Positions 1 through 8,257 of a stretch of 59,964 nucleotides of DNA are shown piece after piece. This DNA comes from Aristaeellaceae bacterium (lineage in GTDB: Bacteria; Bacillota; Clostridia; Christensenellales; Aristaeellaceae). The notes beneath the pieces are model-generated. The model did no database searches. It was not told the origin of the DNA and saw nothing but the letters and a program-made list of their open reading frames with translations. The position numbers and the translations under genes are program-made. How positions within the stretch are numbered: position 1 is the first letter of the stretch; each line of letters begins with the position of its first letter. The stretch is taken from the NCBI GenBank assembly GCA_051878085.1, contig JBJEJN010000068.1, positions 1-59,964 of the forward strand, written 5' to 3'.

Positions 1-41
1 TCGATGACCTCGTAATCCTTCCATTCGGAGGCAATATACAT
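1..41 (-). CDS. 5' end of an unidentified CDS running off the left edge (partial)
   Basis: ATG at 39-41 on the minus strand, with GAAAGG about 9 nt upstream. Only 13 codons (MYIASEWKDYEVI) are visible, so no family call is possible. Confidence 0.25.
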   Translation of the reverse strand, partial: MYIASEWKDYEVI

Positions 42-104
42 AGATACACACACCTTTCTAGTTTAGATTATAGCGCCTTTTCACGCCTGAATCAACGGAT
101 TTCA

Positions 105-158
105 TATAAAATACGGCGAATCCCCCGCACGTTGCAAAGAACGCACGGGAGATTCGCC
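105..158 (-). terminator. probable intrinsic terminator after the GNAT gene
   Basis: On the minus strand, a hairpin ggcgaatctcccg...cgggggattcgcc is followed by a U-rich tail (gtattttata). Confidence 0.45.
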
Positions 159-234
159 TGCGCAAGCACTGCTCACCGCAGCTTGCTTTCGATATGGCCC
201 GCCCAGAAGAGACTGCGGACGATTTCACAATCTG

Positions 235-708
235 TCATTCCACATCCACCCTTGAGCGCACAAACACGAATTCCTGCACCGGGCTTCCGAATTCCTCCGT
301 AAGTTTGCCCTCGACGAAGCCCAGATGGCGGTAGAACGCCCGGGCAGCGCGTCCCTCCGGCACGCCCTCGCGGTAGGTGGTGACGGTCACGTCCCTGTCC
401 GAATCCAGAAAGGTGAACATGTGGCGCACCAGCTTCTTCGCAATGTGCCGTCTGCGGAATCCAGGATCCACCGCCAGGAAGCACAGCATGCTGTTTTCCC
501 TCGAAAACAGCAGCGCACCGACGATTTTCCCGTCGCACTTTGCACAGAGCGCGGCATTTCTTTCCATGAAGCCGAGCACCGTGCGCCGGTGCTCCGCAAG
601 GGCCTCTTGGGTTTCCAGTCCGGGGAAGGCCTCCTTCACCTGATCCACCAGTGCCATCCAGCGGTCAATGTCGCAGGGATGGGCGAGGGAAATGTCCACG
701 TCATGCAT
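235..708 (-). CDS. GNAT family N-acetyltransferase
   Basis: 157-aa ORF with an ATG start. It has a GNAT motif-A-like segment (FLAVDPGFRRRHIAKKLV) and a C-terminal YRHLGF segment. Its start overlaps the stop of the upstream gene by 8 nt. Confidence 0.8.
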   Translation of the reverse strand: MHDVDISLAHPCDIDRWMALVDQVKEAFPGLETQEALAEHRRTVLGFMERNAALCAKCDGKIVGALLFSRENSMLCFLAVDPGFRRRHIAKKLVRHMFTFLDSDRDVTVTTYREGVPEGRAARAFYRHLGFVEGKLTEEFGSPVQEFVFVRSRVDVE

Positions 709-1600
709 CGCGCAGTTCCTCCGCTCCGGGAAACTGATGGCGGTTCCCCGGCTGGATTACCAGCTCCGCAGGGATTCCTGCCCTTTGCAGCAGGTCATAC
801 AATTGCTCCGCCATGGGCAGGCAGTCCTCGTCCTCTGAGCCGCAGCGGATTTTCAACGTGATCCCCTTCTGCCGAATGGCATCGATCAGCTCCCCGGCAT
901 GGTTTTCCAGCATGGGAAGCCACGGGCTCTGCAAAACCAGCGCATCGCAGCGCGCGGGGGAAAATGCGATTGCCCGCAGCAGCATGTCGCAGCCCGCAGA
1001 AAAGCCGCCGCAGACGATGCGCTCATAGCCTGCGCCCTGCATCCTTCCGATTGCGTCCGCCACGGGAACATAGGATTCCATGTCGTAGCTCCAACGGTAG
1101 GTGCCAAAGCCGTCCGGCTCGGCGCTCTGGATGGTCTCCAGCTGCCACGCGGGGTCGAGCAGCGGTTGCCAGTCCTCCCTTGCAACCTGCCCGTTCTGGG
1201 TATTTCCGTGCACGGCGAGGAACAATTGATCGGATTTCTTGCCTTCCCAGCTGAAAACCGCCCTTGATTCCGACGCAGCCTGCGCATAGCGCCCGTCGGA
1301 GAGAGCCTTCAGCGCATGGAACGTGGGATTGTCGCTCAGAGATGCGAGGTCGTCGTCCTCCAGCACCTCCGGGCGGTACCACCAGCCGTTTTCGCGGATG
1401 GCCAGATTCAGCCAATCCAGCGCGCGCGCAGGTTGACCGTCTCCGCCCGCCAGACAGGCGAGAAAGTACAGCGTCTGGGGGCCGAAGTCTCCGGGGTTTT
1501 GCTCGTATTTCTCCAGCAGGAAGCGGTAGGCAGCGGCATAGCCCTCCTCCGCGATGGACAGGGTTTCCTCCAGAATGTCATTCTCTCTTCTCAAATTCAA
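701..1600 (-). CDS. alpha/beta-hydrolase (esterase / dienelactone-hydrolase-like) with an N-terminal helical TPR-like region
   Basis: Nucleophile elbow G-F-S-A-G (CGGFSAGCDM) plus a C-terminal Asp/His region. The ORF track begins at 1660 with TTG and no SD. An in-frame TTG at 1598-1600 has AAGAGGAGA 6 nt upstream, so I prefer 1600. The stop at 701 is firm. Confidence 0.7.
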   Translation of the reverse strand: MNLRRENDILEETLSIAEEGYAAAYRFLLEKYEQNPGDFGPQTLYFLACLAGGDGQPARALDWLNLAIRENGWWYRPEVLEDDDLASLSDNPTFHALKALSDGRYAQAASESRAVFSWEGKKSDQLFLAVHGNTQNGQVAREDWQPLLDPAWQLETIQSAEPDGFGTYRWSYDMESYVPVADAIGRMQGAGYERIVCGGFSAGCDMLLRAIAFSPARCDALVLQSPWLPMLENHAGELIDAIRQKGITLKIRCGSEDEDCLPMAEQLYDLLQRAGIPAELVIQPGNRHQFPGAEELRDA

Positions 1601-1649
1601 TGCGTATCTCCTCTTCTTGGTCGTTCTGTCTGCAAGCCGGAACGCATTG

Positions 1650-2285
1650 TCAATCGACAAACACTTCGATATGACTGATTGTCTTCTTCAGGTCAACATT
1701 TTCCGCGCCAAAGAAGGAACCTTTATACCAAACGATAAAGCGATTGTCGTTGTTCACGATGCAGCACGGCGGTAACTGGCATGCGCCGCCCCTGGCATAG
1801 ACCGCCTTCGACGCATGGGATATTCCATAATAATCCAGCGCTTCCAGCATCTTTGACCACGATGCGTGCCCCTTTCCCATCAGGGCAACCACATCGGACA
1901 AGGGCACATCGGCAAGCATTGCGACGCAGCTATGCCCGCAGAATCCATTCTGGATCGGAATCGCTTCAATACCGTCAATCCTGCGTATGGGATGTTCCTT
2001 GGAATACGGGCTGTCATGATTGATCCTTGACAGCGCTTCAACCGGTTCCATTCCAACTTCATATTCTTCCCTGGAGGCAAGCTCTGACAGTATTTTTTTC
2101 GGTATCGGGATGAAGTAATGCCCATTCCCCTTGGGAATCAACTTGCATTCGAAGGAAAGGCCGGAGATGGACACCCTGCACGGAATGTTCCCCTTCTGCC
2201 CCGTCTCTTCCCACACATTGAATGGAATTCGGACAAATGCGCGGCTTCCCTCAAGAAACAGGCCCGCGCGGAATTGATAGATCAT
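1650..2285 (-). CDS. DUF1905-like N-terminal domain fused to a papain-like (peptidase C39-like) domain; hypothetical
   Basis: The N-terminus (FRAGLFLEGSRAFVRIPFNVWEETGQKGNIPCRVSISG) resembles DUF1905/YdeI. The C-terminus (IQNGFCGHSCVAMLADV) resembles the C39-like Q..CG..C motif. The ATG at 2285 has GGGTGG upstream; an alternative ATG lies at 2321. Confidence 0.55.
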   Translation of the reverse strand: MIYQFRAGLFLEGSRAFVRIPFNVWEETGQKGNIPCRVSISGLSFECKLIPKGNGHYFIPIPKKILSELASREEYEVGMEPVEALSRINHDSPYSKEHPIRRIDGIEAIPIQNGFCGHSCVAMLADVPLSDVVALMGKGHASWSKMLEALDYYGISHASKAVYARGGACQLPPCCIVNNDNRFIVWYKGSFFGAENVDLKKTISHIEVFVD

Positions 2286-2343
2286 CCAATAACCCACCCT
2301 ACATAATTCTTCTGGAACCATTCTTCGCAGCTTCGGGCCTTCC

Positions 2344-2832
2344 TTACATCATTTCGTCGAGCCTGCCCACCGTGCAGCCCTTCTTCGCGTAGTAGTCCAG
2401 CATCTCGTCGAGCTTCTTCAGATCGTAGCTGGTGATGCAGTCGGACAGCACGTGCACGGTGTAGCCGGATTTGACCATGTTGTAGCAGGTGGACTTGACG
2501 CAGGCGGTGGCGTCGGCCCCGACGACGTAGAACTCCGTAATGCCCTGGGCCTGGATGAAGGCGGCGAAGTCCTCGCTGGTCAGGGCGTTGCTCTTGGTCT
2601 TGGTGAAGATGCTTTCGGAGACGAGCTTCAGCTCCGGCACGAGCTCCGCGCCCCGGGTGTCGGGCTTGAAGGTTCGGGTCCCGGCGGACAGGTTGTGGTG
2701 GCGGATGTAGACGACCTCCATGCCCTGCTGAACCGCCCAATCGATGGCCCGGTTGACCGTCTCGATGATGCCTTTATAGTTCTTTGTGATGTCGTTCTGA
2801 AGGTCGATCACGACCAGCGCGCGCTTGTTCAT
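2344..2832 (-). CDS. isochorismatase-family cysteine hydrolase
   Basis: Motifs ALVVIDLQND and catalytic-Cys region VVGADATACV. The ORF track start at 2844 is GTG. The ATG at 2832 has GAGGTGGG 8 nt upstream. Confidence 0.85.
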   Translation of the reverse strand: MNKRALVVIDLQNDITKNYKGIIETVNRAIDWAVQQGMEVVYIRHHNLSAGTRTFKPDTRGAELVPELKLVSESIFTKTKSNALTSEDFAAFIQAQGITEFYVVGADATACVKSTCYNMVKSGYTVHVLSDCITSYDLKKLDEMLDYYAKKGCTVGRLDEMM

Positions 2833-2845
2833 CGCTTTTCCCACC

Positions 2846-3838
2846 TCACAGCATGAGCTCCAGCACCTGCATGTCCTGAAGATCCTCCTCGTCGAACTGC
2901 ACTCCGGCGTAGCCCTCGTCCAGGAAGAAGCCCTCGCGGGTGAAGCTGTATTTAAATCCGAAGCGCTCGTAGAAGGGCATCAGCTCCTTCGAGGTGCCCA
3001 CCAGCATGCGCTGGCAGCGGGGCTGGTACAGGCGGATCAGGTGGTTGACCAGCTTGCTGGCGTAGCCCTGACCCCGCAGGCCCGGCGCGGTGGCGAGGTT
3101 GTACAGCTCGCACACCTGCTCATCCACCTGGCCCACCACCGCCACAGATGCGGCCTGACCGTTGATCATCAGCACGTACATTTCGCTCTTTTCCAGGTAT
3201 TTGTCGATCATTTTCTCGCTGGGATCGGCCTCCAGCAGCAGCGGCAGGTAGGCCTTCTTGCCCGCAGAGATCTTGCGCACCTCCAGCGGGGCCAGTTCGC
3301 CCGTCTTCCAGTGCCTGCGGCACAGCGCCACGTAGCTCTCGTTGCCGCCCAGCACGATCTGTTCGCCCTCGCGCGCCACCTTGCCGTCCACCACGCGGGC
3401 GTTGCAGGTGGCCTTGCGGCCGCACCAGCACACCGTCTTGATCTCCTCGATGGTGTCCGCCCAGGCCATCAGCCAGGTGCTTCCCTCAAAAAGCTCGCCC
3501 CGGAAGTCCGCGCGCAGGCCGTAGCAGATCACCGGAATGTTCATTTCATCCACAATCTGCACCAGCTGCGCCACCTGCTCCTTCTTCAGGAACTGGGCCT
3601 CGTCCACGATGATGCAGTTGTAGGCGGAGAGATCCACATTTTCCAGCTCCTCCATGTAGATGCAGGGCGCGCTCAGGCCGCTGCGGGAGCCCACGATGCG
3701 CTCACCGTCGCGATTGTCCAGCCGGGGCTTCACCATCAGCGCGTTCTGACCGCGCTCGTGGTAGTTGTACTGCACCATGATGGCGTTCGCCGTCTTGGAG
3801 GAACCCATCGCGCCGTAGCGGAAGTAGAGCTTTGCCAT
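2846..3838 (-). CDS. tdk: thymidine kinase fused to a C-terminal GNAT acetyltransferase domain
   Basis: The start MAKLYFRYGAMGSSKT carries the P-loop, followed by VDEAQF and the Zn-ribbon cysteines CWCGRKATCNAR...ALCRRH, which together mark a type II TK (about 190 aa). The last roughly 135 aa carry the GNAT motif LATAPGLRGQGYASKLV...FYERFGF. The ATG at 3838 is preceded by AAAGGAG. Confidence 0.9.
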   Translation of the reverse strand: MAKLYFRYGAMGSSKTANAIMVQYNYHERGQNALMVKPRLDNRDGERIVGSRSGLSAPCIYMEELENVDLSAYNCIIVDEAQFLKKEQVAQLVQIVDEMNIPVICYGLRADFRGELFEGSTWLMAWADTIEEIKTVCWCGRKATCNARVVDGKVAREGEQIVLGGNESYVALCRRHWKTGELAPLEVRKISAGKKAYLPLLLEADPSEKMIDKYLEKSEMYVLMINGQAASVAVVGQVDEQVCELYNLATAPGLRGQGYASKLVNHLIRLYQPRCQRMLVGTSKELMPFYERFGFKYSFTREGFFLDEGYAGVQFDEEDLQDMQVLELML

Positions 3839-3918
3839 GTCAAATGTACTCCTTTTGCGAAAATACCTAACATATTCGCTGCACGGGGGGAAACTTCCTG
3901 CCGAACGCGGCGTTAATC

Positions 3919-3947
3919 TTGCCATGGAGCTGGATTTCGGGTAAAAT
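3919..3947 (+). promoter_or_regulatory. candidate promoter of tmcAL
   Basis: TTGCCA-17 nt-TAAAAT, 24 nt upstream of the ATG. Confidence 0.5.
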
Positions 3948-3970
3948 GGGTGCAGCAAGGGGGGATTTCC

Positions 3971-5140
3971 ATGAAAATCGCGGGCGTCATCGCCGAATAC
4001 AATCCCTTTCACAATGGACACGCCCACCACCTGAAGGAGACCCGGCGCAGGGGAAACTGCGATTTTGTCGTGGTTTGCATGGACGGCGGCTTCACCCAGC
4101 GCGGGGAGCCGGCCTGCATGGACAAGTGGGCCCGGGCGCGGATTGCGCTGAAATGCGGGGCGGACGCGGTGTTCGAGCTGCCCGCGCTGTGGGCCTTGCA
4201 GCCGGCGGACGGCTTCGCCCGGGGCGGCGTGGCGGTGCTGGGGGGCCTGGGCTGCGACGTGCTCTCCTTCGGAAGCGAGGAAACCGACATAAATCTACTG
4301 AAAACCCTTGCGGAAGTGGGAGAAAATGAGCCGCCGGAGCTGCGCGAGGCGCTGCGCAAGGGGCTGGAGGAGGGCAAATCCCACGCCCGGGCGCGGGGCG
4401 AGGCGCTGTCCAAGCTGCTGGGCGTGGACGCGGAGAGGCTGAATTCGCCGAATCTGATCCTTGCGGCGCAGTATTTGCGGGAAATTGGGGCACAAAATCT
4501 GAAAATGGAAGCCCTTCCGGTCGCGCGCATTGGAAATTATCACGATGAAAGCCTGAGTGCGTTCGCCTCGGCCACGGCCATCCGTGTCGCAATATCTGAT
4601 GGGAAAATGGACGAAGCACTGATTTGTGTGCCGGAGCCTGCCCGGTTGGAGCTGCGCTGTGCGGGGCATATGCACCCCATGGACGACCTGCTTTTGCACA
4701 CATTGCGGGGCATGTCGCCGGAGGAAATCGCGGAAATCCCCGGCGTGGGCGAGGGCCTGGAGCAGCGGATCGCGCGCTGCGCGGCGGAGGCTTCGGGCCG
4801 CGAGGAGCTGCTGGAAATGCTGAAATGCAAGCGCTACACCCGCGCCAGATTGAGCCGCATCTGCGCCTGCGCGCTGCTGAAGCTCACGAAATCCATGGTG
4901 GAAAGCCATGCAATGCCCGGATATGCCCGGCTGATCGGCATGCGGGAGGACGCGCGGCCGCTGCTGCGGGAGCTGAAGGCGCGATCACAACTGCCCATCG
5001 TCTCCGACGCGACGCAGCTGCGGGGCGATCCCATATTTGATCTGGAGCGCCGCGCCACCGACCTGCGCGCGCTGCTGTGCGACGAACCCGCCGAGAGATG
5101 TGCGGGGCAGGAGTTCACCCGGAAGTTCGTGCGGATTTAG
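3971..5140 (+). CDS. tmcAL: tRNA(Met) cytidine acetate ligase (TmcAL / UPF0348 nucleotidyltransferase)
   Basis: N-terminus MKIAGVIAEYNPFHNGHAHHL carries the HxGH-type nucleotidyltransferase motif, and the length of about 390 aa is typical of TmcAL. The ATG at 3971 follows GGGGGA. Confidence 0.85.
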   Translation: MKIAGVIAEYNPFHNGHAHHLKETRRRGNCDFVVVCMDGGFTQRGEPACMDKWARARIALKCGADAVFELPALWALQPADGFARGGVAVLGGLGCDVLSFGSEETDINLLKTLAEVGENEPPELREALRKGLEEGKSHARARGEALSKLLGVDAERLNSPNLILAAQYLREIGAQNLKMEALPVARIGNYHDESLSAFASATAIRVAISDGKMDEALICVPEPARLELRCAGHMHPMDDLLLHTLRGMSPEEIAEIPGVGEGLEQRIARCAAEASGREELLEMLKCKRYTRARLSRICACALLKLTKSMVESHAMPGYARLIGMREDARPLLRELKARSQLPIVSDATQLRGDPIFDLERRATDLRALLCDEPAERCAGQEFTRKFVRI

Positions 5141-5293
5141 GCGCTTTTCATCGTGATACGAAGCGGAGATTCGCCTGCAAAGCGGTGGATTTTTCGCAGA
5201 AATTTTGGAGAAATGGGTGAGAAATATCCCGGCCGTTGCGAGAAAAACGGCCGGGATTTCTATGGGATGGGGATTGTGCGGATTTCCCCGCCC

Positions 5294-5803
5294 TCACTTC
5301 TTTTTCACGCGCTGGGTGAGCGCGGCCTTCAGCTCGTCGTCGGCCTGGATCAGCGCCATGCGCGTACCGGCGGAGTTCTTGTACACCAGCGCGGTGCGCG
5401 CAAGCTTGCAGGAGGGATGGGTGGCCCGGGTGCAGCGGAGCTTGCCGTAGCGCTTCTGCGCGTCCTCGGGCGCGCCCACGAACAGCAGCTGGTTCAGGTA
5501 GATATCCTCGATGTGGCGCTCGCGCTTGCCGTAGAAGCGGCTCATGCGCAGCAGATCCTCGGTCAGCGTGTAGCTGATGCGGGCAACGTACACCCGCAGC
5601 ACCTGCAGGGCGATGAAGCCGCCGATGACCCAGAAGGCGATGAGTCCGGCGAGGCCGCCCGCGCGCTCGGAGATGCGGGAGAACCACGCGCCGAACAGGT
5701 CGATGGCGAGGTAGTTGACCAGGAACAGGATCGCCATCAGGCAGACGATCAGCAGGATGCCCTGCAGGGGATTGAGCTTCTTGTGTCCGATGCTTTGCTT
5801 CAT
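5294..5803 (-). CDS. hypothetical membrane protein (two predicted TM helices plus a soluble C-terminal domain)
   Basis: 169-aa ORF with two hydrophobic segments (ILLIVCLMAILFLV and LIAFWVIGGFIAL). It sits 1 nt downstream of the preceding gene on the same strand. Confidence 0.6.
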   Translation of the reverse strand: MKQSIGHKKLNPLQGILLIVCLMAILFLVNYLAIDLFGAWFSRISERAGGLAGLIAFWVIGGFIALQVLRVYVARISYTLTEDLLRMSRFYGKRERHIEDIYLNQLLFVGAPEDAQKRYGKLRCTRATHPSCKLARTALVYKNSAGTRMALIQADDELKAALTQRVKKK

Positions 5804-5804
5804 T

Positions 5805-6401
5805 TCAGTTCACTCCTGACGTAAGGTTTTGCAGGGCGGCAAGCGCGGCGGCGGGATTGTCCGCGCCTGCGGAGACGAAGAGGCAGACCTCCCCCTCCGC
5901 ATCCGAAAAGACCGCGCCCGCGTCGATCCGCACGGCGCAGGCTTCGCCCGTCTCGGGGTCAAAGGCAGGTTCTCCGTCGGGCAGGTTCTCCGTATCCAGC
6001 GCCGCGCAGTAGCCCCGCGCCGCCATGACCTCGTAGCTCACCGCGTCGGCGATGTAGAGATCCGCGCCGCCGGAGATGAAGCGCGTCGTCAGCAGGATGT
6101 TGGAGCCCGCGTCGCTTTCGCCAAGGTATTGCAGCGGCTCGATCTCCACCGCCCGCACCTCCGGCTCCGCAGCCTGGGCGGCGGTCAGCAGCCGAGCCTC
6201 CAGCCGTTCCAGCTCCGCTTCCGGCGCGTCCACGTTCACCAGCATCACGCGCAGCAGCGCGCGCTCCGGCGTGCGGGGGCGTGTGACGGTGAAGATCAGG
6301 TTGTTCAGAAAGCACAGGAGCACCGCACCGATCAGGTAGATGTACCATCGCTTGCGCAGGTGCTCCCGGATGCGGTTCGGGCTGAGTCCGGTTTCGGGCA
6401 T
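5805..6401 (-). CDS. hypothetical membrane-anchored protein
   Basis: 198-aa ORF with a single N-terminal TM segment (WYIYLIGAVLLCFLNNLIF) and an acidic, Ala-rich ectodomain. I recognised no family motif. Confidence 0.55.
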   Translation of the reverse strand: MPETGLSPNRIREHLRKRWYIYLIGAVLLCFLNNLIFTVTRPRTPERALLRVMLVNVDAPEAELERLEARLLTAAQAAEPEVRAVEIEPLQYLGESDAGSNILLTTRFISGGADLYIADAVSYEVMAARGYCAALDTENLPDGEPAFDPETGEACAVRIDAGAVFSDAEGEVCLFVSAGADNPAAALAALQNLTSGVN

Positions 6402-6483
6402 GGCGCGCCTCCGTGGAAGGGTTTTCTATCATTATAGACCGAAATTGCGGCGAAGGCAAGGCGCGCAGAAAAGTTCTTTGCGC

Positions 6484-6512
6484 TTGACAGAGAAGGGTTT
6501 GCGGTTTATCAT
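6484..6512 (+). promoter_or_regulatory. candidate promoter of yhaM
   Basis: TTGACA-17 nt-TATCAT. Confidence 0.6.
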
Positions 6513-6566
6513 GTATGGAGGATTTTTCAGGCCGGGCAAACCGGCCCCGAACGAGGAGGATACGAC

Positions 6567-7532
6567 ATGAAACAGCAGCCTCAGCTTGCGGCCATGATCA
6601 AGGGCCAGGTGTTCGACGGCTTTCTGCTGACCCGCAGCGCGGCGCAGAAGACCAGCTCCAACGGCAGCAAGTATCTGGATATGACGCTGTGCGATATTTC
6701 CACGGAAGTGAACGCGAAGATGTGGGACGGCCTGACCCCGCCGCCGGCAGTGGCCACGGTGCTGCGGGTGCGCGGCATGATGCTGGAGTACAACGGCCGG
6801 CCCCAGCTGCGCGTGGACAAGATGCGCCCGGCCACCGAGGCCGACGATTACGACATGCAGCTGCTCGCCCCCTGCGCGCCGGACTCCCCGGAGCAGATGC
6901 GGGGCGAGATCGACGCGCGCATCGCGCAGATGGCCGATCCCCAGCTTCAGGCGCTGGTTGCGCGGCGGCTGGAGGCGTGCGGCGATAAGCTGCGCTACTA
7001 TCCGGCGGCGTCCAAGCTGCACCACGCGGAGCGCAGCGGCCTTCTGCACCACACCAGCACCATGCTGCGCATGGCGGCGCACGTCTGCGAGGTCTATCCC
7101 CAGCTGGACGCGGATCTGCTGGCGGCGGGCGTGATCCTGCACGATCTGTGCAAGATCGACGAGATGTCCTCCGACGAGATCGGCATGGTGTCCGACTACA
7201 CCGCCGAGGGCCTGCTGATCGGCCATCTGGTGGCGGGCGTGGCGGAGATCGACCGTCTGGGCAAGGAGCTGGGCGTAAGGGCGGAGCTTCTGATGATGCT
7301 GGAGCACATGATCCTCTCCCACCACGACCTGCCGGAGTACGGCAGCCCCAAGCCGCCGATGTTCCCGGAGGCCGAGGTGCTGCACGTGCTGGACCTGCTG
7401 GACGCGCGCATGTTCGAGATGACCCGCGCCTTGAAGAACGCCCAGCCCGGCGGCTTCACCGAGCGCATCTGGTCGCTGGAGCGCAGGCTGTACCGCCGCA
7501 AGGAGACGCCGGTAAAGGACAATCAGGAATAA
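6567..7532 (+). CDS. yhaM: 3'-5' exoribonuclease YhaM-like (OB-fold plus HD domain)
   Basis: The N-terminal OB-fold region (GFLLTRSAAQKTSSNGSKYLDMTLCD) is followed by HD-domain motifs HHAERSGLLHHT and ILHDLCKI. AGGAGGA lies 7 nt upstream of the ATG. Confidence 0.85.
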   Translation: MKQQPQLAAMIKGQVFDGFLLTRSAAQKTSSNGSKYLDMTLCDISTEVNAKMWDGLTPPPAVATVLRVRGMMLEYNGRPQLRVDKMRPATEADDYDMQLLAPCAPDSPEQMRGEIDARIAQMADPQLQALVARRLEACGDKLRYYPAASKLHHAERSGLLHHTSTMLRMAAHVCEVYPQLDADLLAAGVILHDLCKIDEMSSDEIGMVSDYTAEGLLIGHLVAGVAEIDRLGKELGVRAELLMMLEHMILSHHDLPEYGSPKPPMFPEAEVLHVLDLLDARMFEMTRALKNAQPGGFTERIWSLERRLYRRKETPVKDNQE

Positions 7533-7536
7533 GACA

Positions 7537-7574
7537 GAAGGGCCGGAGGTGCGATTGAAACCCTCCGGCCCTTC
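7537..7574 (+). terminator. 13-bp GC stem-loop after yhaM (no U-tract)
   Basis: Left arm gaagggccggagg, a 12-nt loop, then right arm cctccggcccttc. Confidence 0.45.
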
Positions 7575-7617
7575 GATCTCCAGATGTGCCAAATCTGCGG
7601 TTTCGCTGTGTTTTCAC

Positions 7618-7646
7618 TTGCCAAATCGTTAATTTTGATGTACACT
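7618..7646 (+). promoter_or_regulatory. candidate promoter of the ferritin-like / pgcA genes
   Basis: TTGCCA-17 nt-TACACT. Confidence 0.4.
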
Positions 7647-7709
7647 TAAATGGGAATTCATAGAAACTCAAATTTTGCCGCCGGGCGTTTCCGGCGGGAG
7701 GAGCGCGCC

Positions 7710-8198
7710 ATGTTTCACGTTTTCAGCGATCTGGAGGGAATCCGCATCGCCATCGAGATGGAGCGCCGGGGGGAATCGTTCTACCGGCACGCCGCGAGGG
7801 TGAGCAAGTCGGAGGAGACGGTGGAGATGCTTTTGTCCCTGGCCAACGAGGAGCAGTATCACCGCGCGGAGTTTGAGCGCCTGCTGAGCGCGGAGTGCGC
7901 CCGGGGCATGTCCGACTGCGCCTACGACGACGAGACCAACGCCTATCTCACCGCCATTGCCGCAGAGGTGGTGTTCCCGAAGGGCCTGATGGCGCTCAGG
8001 GACGAGGGCTTTGAGAACCCCGAGGCGGTGCTCTTGCACGCCATCGCCTCGGAGAAGGATTCCATCCTGTTCTACACCGAGATGCAGCAGCGCACCGGCG
8101 ACGATCACGCCCGGGAGGTGTTCGGGGAGATCGTGCGTCAGGAGCGCGGCCATTTGTTCCGCCTGCAGCGCAGGCTTGCGCAGCTTTTGCAGGAATAA
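7710..8198 (+). CDS. ferritin-like di-iron protein (rubrerythrin family, no rubredoxin domain)
   Basis: Two E...ExxH pairs are present (EMERRGE / EEQYH and SEKDS / QERGH). The ATG at 7710 follows GGGAGGAG. Confidence 0.75.
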   Translation: MFHVFSDLEGIRIAIEMERRGESFYRHAARVSKSEETVEMLLSLANEEQYHRAEFERLLSAECARGMSDCAYDDETNAYLTAIAAEVVFPKGLMALRDEGFENPEAVLLHAIASEKDSILFYTEMQQRTGDDHAREVFGEIVRQERGHLFRLQRRLAQLLQE

Positions 8199-8257
8199 TG
8201 CGCGTGATTTTTTCATGAACCACATTCATGAATGGAACTAAAGGGGAGGATACGACC

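Noticed and set aside
148-161. 14-nt identity ggagattcgcctgc, shared with 5165-5178.
   Set aside because: It is short, the flanks are unrelated, and there are only two copies. This is most likely chance or a fragment, and it is not enough to define a repeat family.
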